A DNA stretch of 64,000 nucleotides from Promethearchaeota archaeon (GTDB lineage: Archaea; Asgardarchaeota; Lokiarchaeia; Sigyniarchaeales; SOKP01), in assembly GCA_048938855.1 (NCBI GenBank), contig JBHLLT010000011.1, forward strand, positions 42,400 to 106,399. Direction: 5' to 3'. Below are positions 19,410 to 28,320 of the stretch, in pieces (position 1 is the first letter of the stretch; each line of letters begins with the position of its first letter). The position numbers and the translations under genes were made by a program. A model generated the notes under the pieces. The model was given only the letters and a program-made list of their open reading frames with translations. It was not told the DNA's origin and did no database searches.

Positions 19410-20228
19410 ATGAGAGTCGCATGTATTCAACCCGAATTATTTGAAAATAGAGAGAAATGCTATAAAGAAATAGAAAATATTTTAAAAAAATTGTTAGAAA
19501 CACATAAAAATTGTGAAATAATATGCCTTCCAGAAAGATGGGTGCCTTATTTTAGAGACTTAAATCAAAATTTTCAAGAACAAAGGGGAAATGACTATAC
19601 CTTTATTAAAAATTTGGCTAAAGATTATAATCTCAAAGTGATATCAGGTGCAATTTGGGAGAAACGGACCAATTCAAAAAAACCTGCAATAACATGTTAT
19701 TTTTTTGATGAAAATGGTGAAGAAATTGGAAGACAAGATAAAATTCACTTATATTCTTATGAACGTGAACATTTTGAACCTGGTAAGGAATTACAGATAT
19801 TTAAATTACGAAATTCATATTGCTTCACAATCCTTATTTGTTTTGATATGGCATTTTTTGAAACTCCTAGATTGGCTGTAGAAAATGGTACTGACCTTTT
19901 ATTTTCACCTACTCAAATCAGGGAAGATGGGATGTTAAACTGGCACGTATATCTACAAGCGCGTGCTTTAGAGAATCGAGTACCCATTGTGGCTTGTAAT
20001 ACCTTTGGTTCTTATTTGAAAAGAAATTTTGTAGGTAATAGTAAAATAATTTCTTTTTATAAAGGAAATATATCTCCATCTAAACTAAAAATTACTGAAG
20101 CCCCTAAAGGTAAAAGTGGTTTTGCCTTTGATGATTTAGATTTAACCTTCCCTAGAAAATTGAGAGAAATTCGTTTTAAAGAAAGAATCGATAAAACCAA
20201 AATCAAAATTAATATAATTAGTACATAA
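19410..20228 (+). CDS. Carbon-nitrogen hydrolase (nitrilase family)
   Basis: E-K-C triad: LPER, KIHL, LICFD; ARALEN. Confidence 0.92.
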   Translation: MRVACIQPELFENREKCYKEIENILKKLLETHKNCEIICLPERWVPYFRDLNQNFQEQRGNDYTFIKNLAKDYNLKVISGAIWEKRTNSKKPAITCYFFDENGEEIGRQDKIHLYSYEREHFEPGKELQIFKLRNSYCFTILICFDMAFFETPRLAVENGTDLLFSPTQIREDGMLNWHVYLQARALENRVPIVACNTFGSYLKRNFVGNSKIISFYKGNISPSKLKITEAPKGKSGFAFDDLDLTFPRKLREIRFKERIDKTKIKINIIST

Positions 20229-20256
20229 GTAAAATCATTAAGATCCTTAAAATGAT

Positions 20257-21213
20257 ATGAGTGAATCAAAATATTTTAAAAAAATACTATTCTGTGGTTT
20301 GGAGAGTGGTGGAAAGACATCAATTTTATTGTTATTAGATAAAAAATTTAGTTTATTAGCCTCAGTTAAACCAACTATAAAAGCTAAAAGAACCTTTCAT
20401 ACGAATTCATTATTAGGCACCACTATTGTTCGTTGGGATTTAGGTGGCCAAAAAGGTTATAGGAAAGTATATTTGGGTGATAAAAGTAAGTACTTTACTG
20501 AAATGCAATCAATATTTTATGTTATAGATATCCAAGCACCAAAAAAATTTGAGGAAGCTCTAACTTTCCTTAAGGATATTATAAATATCACTTCAGAATC
20601 GCGTCCTGAGAACTTTCAACTCTTAATTCTCCTCCATAAGTGCGATCCAGATATTAAAAATAAGAAAAATATCATTATTAACATCAAATTCTTAGAAAAT
20701 GAAATTAAATCTATTTTAAAAGAAGTGAAATATTCTATTTTAAAAACTTCTATTTATGATGAACCAAGTTTATTAAAGGCTTTTTCTGATGGTGTTTTTT
20801 ATGCTACTCATCGATCAAAGATGTTTCAAACCTTATTAAAAGATTATATGGGCAAAACTTACAATAGCTCTACACTTTTATTAGATCAGAATTGTTTTAT
20901 AATCGCTAGTAGAAGTACTTATCAAGCTTATCAAGAAATTTGCGAAGCGATAGCCCCGAGATTAACTCAAGCTTTGGAAAAATTAGAAGAATGGGATATT
21001 AACACAATTGACATTGTAACAAATATTGAATTTCCTGAAAAACAGTCAGAGTCTCAAAAAGAAGGGATTATTTTCTTAAGAAAACTAGATATTGAAGATA
21101 CTAGACTATATCTAGTTGCACTGTGTTTGAATAAGAATGTGAAGATCAAATCCTATGAATATTTACCGTTATTGGCAGAAAATTTAAAGAATTTATTAGA
21201 GGCATTTGATTAA
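20257..21213 (+). CDS. Rag/Gtr-like small GTPase with C-terminal roadblock/longin-like domain
   Basis: GLESGGKTS, PT, WDLGGQ, HKCD (Rag-type HKxD), TSIYDEPSLLKAFS; about 120-aa C-terminal domain. Confidence 0.82.
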   Translation: MSESKYFKKILFCGLESGGKTSILLLLDKKFSLLASVKPTIKAKRTFHTNSLLGTTIVRWDLGGQKGYRKVYLGDKSKYFTEMQSIFYVIDIQAPKKFEEALTFLKDIINITSESRPENFQLLILLHKCDPDIKNKKNIIINIKFLENEIKSILKEVKYSILKTSIYDEPSLLKAFSDGVFYATHRSKMFQTLLKDYMGKTYNSSTLLLDQNCFIIASRSTYQAYQEICEAIAPRLTQALEKLEEWDINTIDIVTNIEFPEKQSESQKEGIIFLRKLDIEDTRLYLVALCLNKNVKIKSYEYLPLLAENLKNLLEAFD

Positions 21214-21428
21214 AAATATATTTTAATCTAACGTCCATTTCTAATAATCTACTTTTTGATTTAAAATAAACCTTATCATTCAATTCATCGAAAGTTGTTA
21301 AAATTCTTTTTTTAATGAATTTTGGATAATAACTTTTACAATAAAAAATTTTAATTTTACTTCCAATCTCCTCTCTGGGGGTGGAGTTTAAATATATCTA
21401 TCCAAAATCAATTTAAAAAAAGGTAAAA

Positions 21429-22625
21429 ATGATGATTATAAAATCTAATGTAAATAAAAATTATATAGGTCCTAGAGCCCTATTTGACCCAAATTACATT
21501 CCCCCAAATTTATTATACAGAAAAAAAGAGGAGACTTCTCTATTTTCAATTTTGAAAGATTCAATATCTGATGAGTTTTGTCTTAACATCATTTATCATG
21601 GAATGAATGGAATTGGAAAAAAAGTAATAGTAAATAAAGTAGTGAACGATCTTTCAGTAAAAAATAAAGAAAATTTAAAAATTAATAAAATCAGCGTAGA
21701 TTGTAAGGAAAAAGAAATTGGAGAATTAATTTTTTCATTACTAAATGAATTAAATAGCTTTTCTAATTTCAATTTTGATTATCAAAGCATCTTAAATTCA
21801 AATCTTTCTCACTTATGGAATACATTTAAATTTGTATGTAATAAAACAGATTCCCACTTGTTCTTTATTTTTAATAATATTGAATATTTGGAACCTGAAA
21901 TATTTCAAAAATTCATGCAATTTAGTAAAGAAACAAATGTCACCTTAATCTCAACTGTAAATAAGTTTTTAAAACCAGGTACAATGGATTTACTATCTGA
22001 TTTTGATTTTAAGCACAAATTAGAATTTTTTACTTATAATGAGCTGTATTCTATTCTTAATCAAAGAGTTCTATTAAGTTTTTCACATGAAATTGATAAG
22101 AATTTAATAAGATATATAACTGATTTAATTTGTGAAGAATATATCCCTGTTCCAGGAAAAGGAATTGAAATTCTTCGAGATATATACCCAATCTTGAAAA
22201 ATGATAAGGGCTCCTGCAATTTTGACCTTCTAGAAATTTGCCAGAATGAGTTTGATATATTTCAAATTTCTGACGAATTTAACATGATAAATTATCTTTC
22301 AGAAGAAGATATATTAACTATTCTATTTTTAGATAATCTCTCAAACTTATTTCTAAAAAAAATGAAATATTATGTATCGTTTAATGAATTATTGGAGTGT
22401 TATGAGCTTTCTTGTGAATATTTAGAATATACAAAAAATAATAATGAGTTTTATAGTCTCATTGAAGAAATGTTAAATATAGGAATCATTAGACTCTCAA
22501 AAAGAACTCAGGACAAAATAAATCCTAATAAACTTTTAAATAATTTAGATAACAATTCTTTCTTTACAATAGTACATCCTAAAGAAATAAAAGTGATAAT
22601 TGATACTATTTTTAACCAGCTATAA
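21429..22625 (+). CDS. Divergent Orc1/Cdc6-like protein, probably ATPase-inactive
   Basis: ALFDPNYIPPNLLYRKKE N-terminus, degenerate Walker A GMNGIGKK, Walker B position FFIFNNIE, FTYNELYSILNQR, C-terminal wH-like region. Confidence 0.75.
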   Translation: MMIIKSNVNKNYIGPRALFDPNYIPPNLLYRKKEETSLFSILKDSISDEFCLNIIYHGMNGIGKKVIVNKVVNDLSVKNKENLKINKISVDCKEKEIGELIFSLLNELNSFSNFNFDYQSILNSNLSHLWNTFKFVCNKTDSHLFFIFNNIEYLEPEIFQKFMQFSKETNVTLISTVNKFLKPGTMDLLSDFDFKHKLEFFTYNELYSILNQRVLLSFSHEIDKNLIRYITDLICEEYIPVPGKGIEILRDIYPILKNDKGSCNFDLLEICQNEFDIFQISDEFNMINYLSEEDILTILFLDNLSNLFLKKMKYYVSFNELLECYELSCEYLEYTKNNNEFYSLIEEMLNIGIIRLSKRTQDKINPNKLLNNLDNNSFFTIVHPKEIKVIIDTIFNQL

Positions 22626-22799
22626 ATAGATAGATTTATCGTAAAATCTGAATATTTTTAGTTTGCACAGAAGTAGTTAATTGAATATGCTTTTTATTAC
22701 CAGAAAGCGAAAATCAGTTTTTTTATAATGTATATTATATATTTATAGGAGTAATCACACTATTTTTTTAATAATGAAGAGTAGAAATGGAGATAAATT

Positions 22800-25700
22800 T
22801 TGACTTATATTAAGAAAATTTCCATGAGTGGTTTTAAAAGCTTTGGTGATAGAACTGTAACCATTCGTCTTTCTAGTGGATTTACATGTATTGTAGGACC
22901 AAATGGAGCAGGAAAGTCCAATATTATTGATGCTCTTTGTTTTGCGTTAGGAAGGTTAAGCAAAAAAACCATGAGAGCAAAAAGTCTTGAAGATCTCATT
23001 TTCGCTGGAGCAAGAGGAAAAAACCCTTCACAAAGAGCATCTGTAACCCTTTATTTCGACAATTCAGAAAATGTATTTCCAGGTGGAACTAATGATTTCG
23101 AAATTACACGGACTATAAAGATTGGAGGAGGGGGAGGTTATAAAATGAATGGAAAAAAAGCTACAAGACAACAAATCCTTAATGCTCTAGCAGCAGCTAA
23201 TGTTGATCCTGATGGAAGTAATCAATTTGTTCTTCAAGGAAAAATTGTAGAATTAACACATATGAATGCAGAAGAACGTAGAAAATTTATAGAAGAACTT
23301 ATTGGTCTTCAAAAATATGATGAAATGAAAGATTCTACACTAAAAGAATTGGAAAAAGCAGAAAGAGATTTAGGACAATTTGAAGCTATTTTTAAGGAAG
23401 TTTCAGCTCAATTGAAAAAAGTTGAAAAAGAAAAAAATGACGCGCTAGCATGGAAAGAATTAGATGAAAAAATTAACTTCTTAAATTCTCAGTTAATAGC
23501 GTTAAAAATTTCAAAACTTCGACAAGAAGAAGAAGAACTAGAAAATAAGATCGAAATTTCCTTGAAAATTATTGAAGAATTGCAAGAAAAAATCAATAGG
23601 CAGGAAGATGTCTTAAAACAAGAATCTCTTGTAATGGATAATATACAAAAAACAATTATAGAGAAAGAAAAAGAAAGAGAGGAGATCGCTGAAAATATAA
23701 CTCAAGTAAAAACCCAAATTTCATCAAGCCAGACTACCCTCAATTTAGCTCAAAAATCTATTGAGAAATTATTTAATGAAATTGCAAGTTTAGAGAGTAA
23801 ACAAATGAAACTTGAAGAAGGGCAGACTTTTGACTCATTAATAGAAGATATCTCTAACGAGATATTAGATTATGAGACCCAAATCGAAGACACTAAAGCT
23901 GAAATTGAAAAAAGACAACAAACCCAGGCTGAATTAGATCTTCAAATAAAAACTACAGAAGATGAGAATTCTCTTTATAAAGCAGAAATTTCCAAGATAC
24001 AGCAAAGTATTTCATCTAATAATGCTCAAATTAAAATGCTCAGAGGAACTATTAAAAAGAATGAAGAAAAGAAGCAAAAATTGGAAACTGAGCTAGAAAA
24101 ACTGAAAAAGGATGCCGAAAGCATAGATGAAGCTATAGAAGAGACAAAAAAGGCAGAATCAGAAATTAGAAAACGAATAGATGAATTAAATGCTAAAATC
24201 TCAAAAGAAAATCAAAGTCAAAAAGAATTAGAAAGCAATATTAATAATCTTCAAGCAGAAAAAAATCAAATAAATTCAAAATTAATAGAATTCCAAGCAA
24301 CATTATCATCCTTAAACACAGAAATCACAATGAATAAACAAAGTATACTGGAATTAAATCAAAAAAAAGATGCTATCAAGAAGAAGATAACTGAATTAAG
24401 TAAAGGTAGAGACGCTGAAAACGCTGTAAAAGAATTATTGAAAGAAAACGACATACTTAATAAAGAATTAAACCAATTAAAATTGAATTTGAAAGAACAA
24501 AATTCAATATATAGGAAAAATGAACAAGATCTTGAATTATTGAATATGAAGAAATATTCATTCGAGTCTGAAATCAATGATAACAAAGCAAAAATAGACA
24601 CTCTTAATACAGAACTAAAGATACTTTCAAAAGAAAAAACTAATTTAGATAGAGAAAATAATGATTTAGAATTAAAGGTAAATTCTTTAGAGAAAAATCT
24701 TACTACTACTAGAAAAGAATCTGAAAAGTTTAATATCAAAAAAGAAAACATTCAGAGACGACTAGAGGAGCTTTCACAAGAAAGAGAAAATCTTTCTTTA
24801 AAAATTGAATCCTCCGAAGAGGAATATGAGAAAAATACAAAAGATATAACGGGAATACTTCAGATTTTAAATATGCTTACTCAAAATATTAATATTTCAG
24901 TCGAGTCAATAAAAGCAAATATCCAACAATCAAATGCAGATGCAATTGAATCATCTGCAGAAGATTTTAAAAAATTTATTCTGGACATACTTGATATTAT
25001 GAAAACTGTAGAAAATATTGGTACAGATGAAGAAAAACATGCTGAAATGACTGAAATGATTAACTCTATAATGCAAACTTTAGAATTATTTACTGATAAT
25101 GCTGATACTACAATTGATCAATTAATTGAAAAAGTAAAAGAATCTGCAGATGTTGAAATCCAATCTTCGACAAATACCTTTGATAATTTTGTTCAAGATT
25201 TAATGGAAATTCTTGAAAATGTGTATCTTTCTTTAAGAAAATTAACATTGTCAAAGAGTCAAGAATTATATAAACAACTGGAAGAGATCTCAGCTAGTAT
25301 TAAATCCCAAACTGGTGATTACAATAAAAATGAACAACTGTTAACTGAAACTAGAATCCAAGAAAAACATTTTTCAGAAAATCTTTCTTCGTATAATAAA
25401 AGGCTTGAAGAAATTGGAAAAAGAAATTCTGAATTAAACCAAAGAATCAAAAATTCAGAAATTGAAATAAAAGAAAGAAGTGAAAATATAGATAAAAGGC
25501 AGATAGAATTCAATAACATAGATTCTGAAATCAGTAAGTTGAAAGAACTTAAAGATACATACTGGGAAAACATATCTAAAATCCAAGATGAGATTGACGG
25601 AAAACAAAGTGATTTAGAAATCTTAAGAGAAAAGCTTCAGGAATTACACGGAATTCAAAATTTATTTGATAATATTGTAGAAATTGATGATAGTATAGAA

Positions 25701-27251
25701 AAATTAAATAATCTCATTGAAGAAAAGAAAAACATAATAATTAATACAGAAGAAAGCATTAAAAATAATCAAGAAGAACAAGATTCCTTACAGAACAAGA
25801 TAAATGAGTTAGTTATTCGAAAAGAAAAATTTTGGGAAGTAACTGAAAATTTAAGAAAAGAGATAGATGCTGAAAATAAAACCCTTGAAGATACTTTAGA
25901 CCGTTTAAGAGCACTTCAAAATGTAATGAGGATTATTAACTCTATTGAAGATATTAAAAAAGAGAATATTGATGCTAATGATAGAATAAAAGTATGTCAA
26001 GATGATATTCAAGGATTAAACACCCAAGTTGAAGAAATCCAAATAAAAGTAGATCAAAAGCAACAAGTTATAAATGAATTAAGAGATAATAAGTCTCAAG
26101 AGCTAGAATCTCAAAAAACAGCTCAGAAAAAATTAAATAAGTTGAATAAAGATTTACAAAAATCTCAAGGTAAACTCAATGAGCTAAATAAAAATAAGGA
26201 AAGAGAACAGAAGATAATAGGGCTTAATCAAGATATAGATGATACGAAAAAACAAGTTGAATCCATAACAAAAGATTTAACAATCCTGAAAGAGGATTTA
26301 GATAATCAGAATCTGAAGAAGGATGAAAAACAAAAAGAGATTGATAAATTTATACAAGAAAAGGATGAATCATGGAAAAAACAAAAACAGTATCAAAGAA
26401 TTATAACAGATTTAAAATCTGATTTATCAATGGAAAATTCTAAAATAAATAATTATGAATCCAAAAAATTAATGTGTACTGACCAAATAGAAACCTTATT
26501 TCAACGATCTAAAGAATATGGCTCATTACCTCCAGTGACAGATGATCTTGCTGAAGCGGAATTACAATCTGATATTGTAGAACTATCACAAAAGAAAAAA
26601 ACTCTTGAACCGGTAAATTTAAAGGCAATTCAACAATATGACACCGTCAAAGAAAGATTTGATGAGATAGATATGAGAAGGCAAACAATTCAAAGAGAAA
26701 GAAAATCGATCCTAGACGCAATTGATAAAATTGAGTTAGAAAAGACTCGAACTTTTATGAAAGCTTATCATGAAATTAATCGGGAATTTTCAAGAATATT
26801 TCAGAAATTATCTCCAGGTGGTTCAGCTAAAATGATCTTAGATAGACCTGATAAACCGTTTGAAGGAGGTATTTCTATTGAAGCAAGACCAAGAGGTAAG
26901 AAAATTAGTTCTCTAGAAATTTTAAGTGGGGGAGAAAAAACTTTAGTTGCGTTATCTTTCATATTTGCGGTTCAAGAATTTTATCCTGCTCCTTTTTACG
27001 TAATGGATGAGATTGATGCAGCTTTGGATGGTCCAAATGTTCACCGTGTTTCAATGGTCATAAAAGAGTTTGCTTCTCAAGCCCAATTTATGGTTATATC
27101 TCATAGAGAAGAAAATATTGTAAACGCAGATAGAATTTACGGTGTTTCAATGCAACAAAGTGGAATAACTGATATTTTTAGTGTTGATTTAGAAGAGGAA
27201 GCGAAGCGCCTTCTTGAACTAGAAGATGTCGAGCCAACGATTACAGAATAA
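22800..27251 (+). CDS. smc: SMC chromosome segregation ATPase, elongated, with non-canonical hinge
   Basis: GFKSF, GPNGAGKSN, Q-loop VLQG, PVNLKAI, LSGGEKT, VMDEIDAALD, ISH; long coiled coils; followed by scpA/scpB. Confidence 0.95.
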   Translation: MTYIKKISMSGFKSFGDRTVTIRLSSGFTCIVGPNGAGKSNIIDALCFALGRLSKKTMRAKSLEDLIFAGARGKNPSQRASVTLYFDNSENVFPGGTNDFEITRTIKIGGGGGYKMNGKKATRQQILNALAAANVDPDGSNQFVLQGKIVELTHMNAEERRKFIEELIGLQKYDEMKDSTLKELEKAERDLGQFEAIFKEVSAQLKKVEKEKNDALAWKELDEKINFLNSQLIALKISKLRQEEEELENKIEISLKIIEELQEKINRQEDVLKQESLVMDNIQKTIIEKEKEREEIAENITQVKTQISSSQTTLNLAQKSIEKLFNEIASLESKQMKLEEGQTFDSLIEDISNEILDYETQIEDTKAEIEKRQQTQAELDLQIKTTEDENSLYKAEISKIQQSISSNNAQIKMLRGTIKKNEEKKQKLETELEKLKKDAESIDEAIEETKKAESEIRKRIDELNAKISKENQSQKELESNINNLQAEKNQINSKLIEFQATLSSLNTEITMNKQSILELNQKKDAIKKKITELSKGRDAENAVKELLKENDILNKELNQLKLNLKEQNSIYRKNEQDLELLNMKKYSFESEINDNKAKIDTLNTELKILSKEKTNLDRENNDLELKVNSLEKNLTTTRKESEKFNIKKENIQRRLEELSQERENLSLKIESSEEEYEKNTKDITGILQILNMLTQNINISVESIKANIQQSNADAIESSAEDFKKFILDILDIMKTVENIGTDEEKHAEMTEMINSIMQTLELFTDNADTTIDQLIEKVKESADVEIQSSTNTFDNFVQDLMEILENVYLSLRKLTLSKSQELYKQLEEISASIKSQTGDYNKNEQLLTETRIQEKHFSENLSSYNKRLEEIGKRNSELNQRIKNSEIEIKERSENIDKRQIEFNNIDSEISKLKELKDTYWENISKIQDEIDGKQSDLEILREKLQELHGIQNLFDNIVEIDDSIEKLNNLIEEKKNIIINTEESIKNNQEEQDSLQNKINELVIRKEKFWEVTENLRKEIDAENKTLEDTLDRLRALQNVMRIINSIEDIKKENIDANDRIKVCQDDIQGLNTQVEEIQIKVDQKQQVINELRDNKSQELESQKTAQKKLNKLNKDLQKSQGKLNELNKNKEREQKIIGLNQDIDDTKKQVESITKDLTILKEDLDNQNLKKDEKQKEIDKFIQEKDESWKKQKQYQRIITDLKSDLSMENSKINNYESKKLMCTDQIETLFQRSKEYGSLPPVTDDLAEAELQSDIVELSQKKKTLEPVNLKAIQQYDTVKERFDEIDMRRQTIQRERKSILDAIDKIELEKTRTFMKAYHEINREFSRIFQKLSPGGSAKMILDRPDKPFEGGISIEARPRGKKISSLEILSGGEKTLVALSFIFAVQEFYPAPFYVMDEIDAALDGPNVHRVSMVIKEFASQAQFMVISHREENIVNADRIYGVSMQQSGITDIFSVDLEEEAKRLLELEDVEPTITE

Positions 27252-27277
27252 TTAATTTACATATATGGTGATAAACA

Positions 27278-28279
27278 ATTTCAGAAAATGATCAAAATTC
27301 TACTATAAAATATAACTTTAGTGAGTGGACAGTTAAAGATCTTAGAGAATTTGCTTCAAAAAATAATATAAAAATACCTTCTAAAGCCAAGAAAAAAGAA
27401 ATAATTGATTTCCTTCAAGAGGTTGTATCACATCCAGAATTTACAGATAGATCACAAGATATTGAAGAAGTGGAGGAAGAACTAATTGCTGGATTTGAAG
27501 ATGAAGAAGATCTTGCCTTATTGAGGAAAGAAAAGCTCGAACTAAAATTCTGGCAAAAGCCACCTTTTTCAAGCTTATTAGATTCGGAAATTGCAAAAGA
27601 ATCAGAAATTGCGTTTTATGATTTGGCAAAATTAGTTGATGAATTCTTCGATCAGATGTTACATGAAGAATTGATAAATTATAAAATCTCGGGTATAGCT
27701 CTTAAAACTTCAGCAGTATTGCATCATTATAAAATTTCAAGCATTATAAGGGAAGAGGAACAAATTCAGAAAAGAGAAGAACTAGAGCGTTTAAGACAAG
27801 CGCATGGTAGAACCATACCTAAAGCATTACCTCAACCAATTCAACCTAAAATGCAAATAGCCACCAAAGATGAATTATTTGATGCGATGAGATCTGCTAT
27901 TATAGAAGTAATGCAGAATAAAGAAAAATTAAGAAGAAGACGGATGAGAAAGGAGGAAATGAATCAACAAAGAATTCAAATGAAATCTAAAGCGCAACTT
28001 CCTAAAGAACTTCTTAAACATATAAGTGGAAGAGAACAAACAGTGGAAGAATTACATGAATCATGGTATAACCGAATTAAAGCTACGATTAATCTTAATA
28101 ATAAAGAAGCTTCTTTTTATGAATTGGCTGAGATTATTAAGAATGAAGAAAAAAGTGATATTGGAAGGAAATTTGCTTTTGTTCGTATGTTTCTAGCATT
28201 AATGTTCTTATCAACAGGTAATAAATTAAATTTATCTCAAGATGAAGATTTTCAAGATTTTAGTGTTAATATTAGATAA
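27278..28279 (+). CDS. scpA: ScpA kleisin with N-terminal HeH/SAP-like domain, probable ATT start
   Basis: YDLAKLVDEF...NYKISGIALKTSAVL N-kleisin; FVRMFLALMFL...L.QDEDFQD C-wH; frame open from ATT 27278 after GGTGA. Confidence 0.85.
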   Translation: MSENDQNSTIKYNFSEWTVKDLREFASKNNIKIPSKAKKKEIIDFLQEVVSHPEFTDRSQDIEEVEEELIAGFEDEEDLALLRKEKLELKFWQKPPFSSLLDSEIAKESEIAFYDLAKLVDEFFDQMLHEELINYKISGIALKTSAVLHHYKISSIIREEEQIQKREELERLRQAHGRTIPKALPQPIQPKMQIATKDELFDAMRSAIIEVMQNKEKLRRRRMRKEEMNQQRIQMKSKAQLPKELLKHISGREQTVEELHESWYNRIKATINLNNKEASFYELAEIIKNEEKSDIGRKFAFVRMFLALMFLSTGNKLNLSQDEDFQDFSVNIR

Positions 28280-28320
28280 AAACAAAATTTGAATAAATCA
28301 ACTGTAAAAAGGGTGATTAT

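Noticed and set aside
21214-21428. Replication origin upstream of the cdc6-like gene
   Set aside because: No repeated ORB elements; only one loose match; the protein looks inactive
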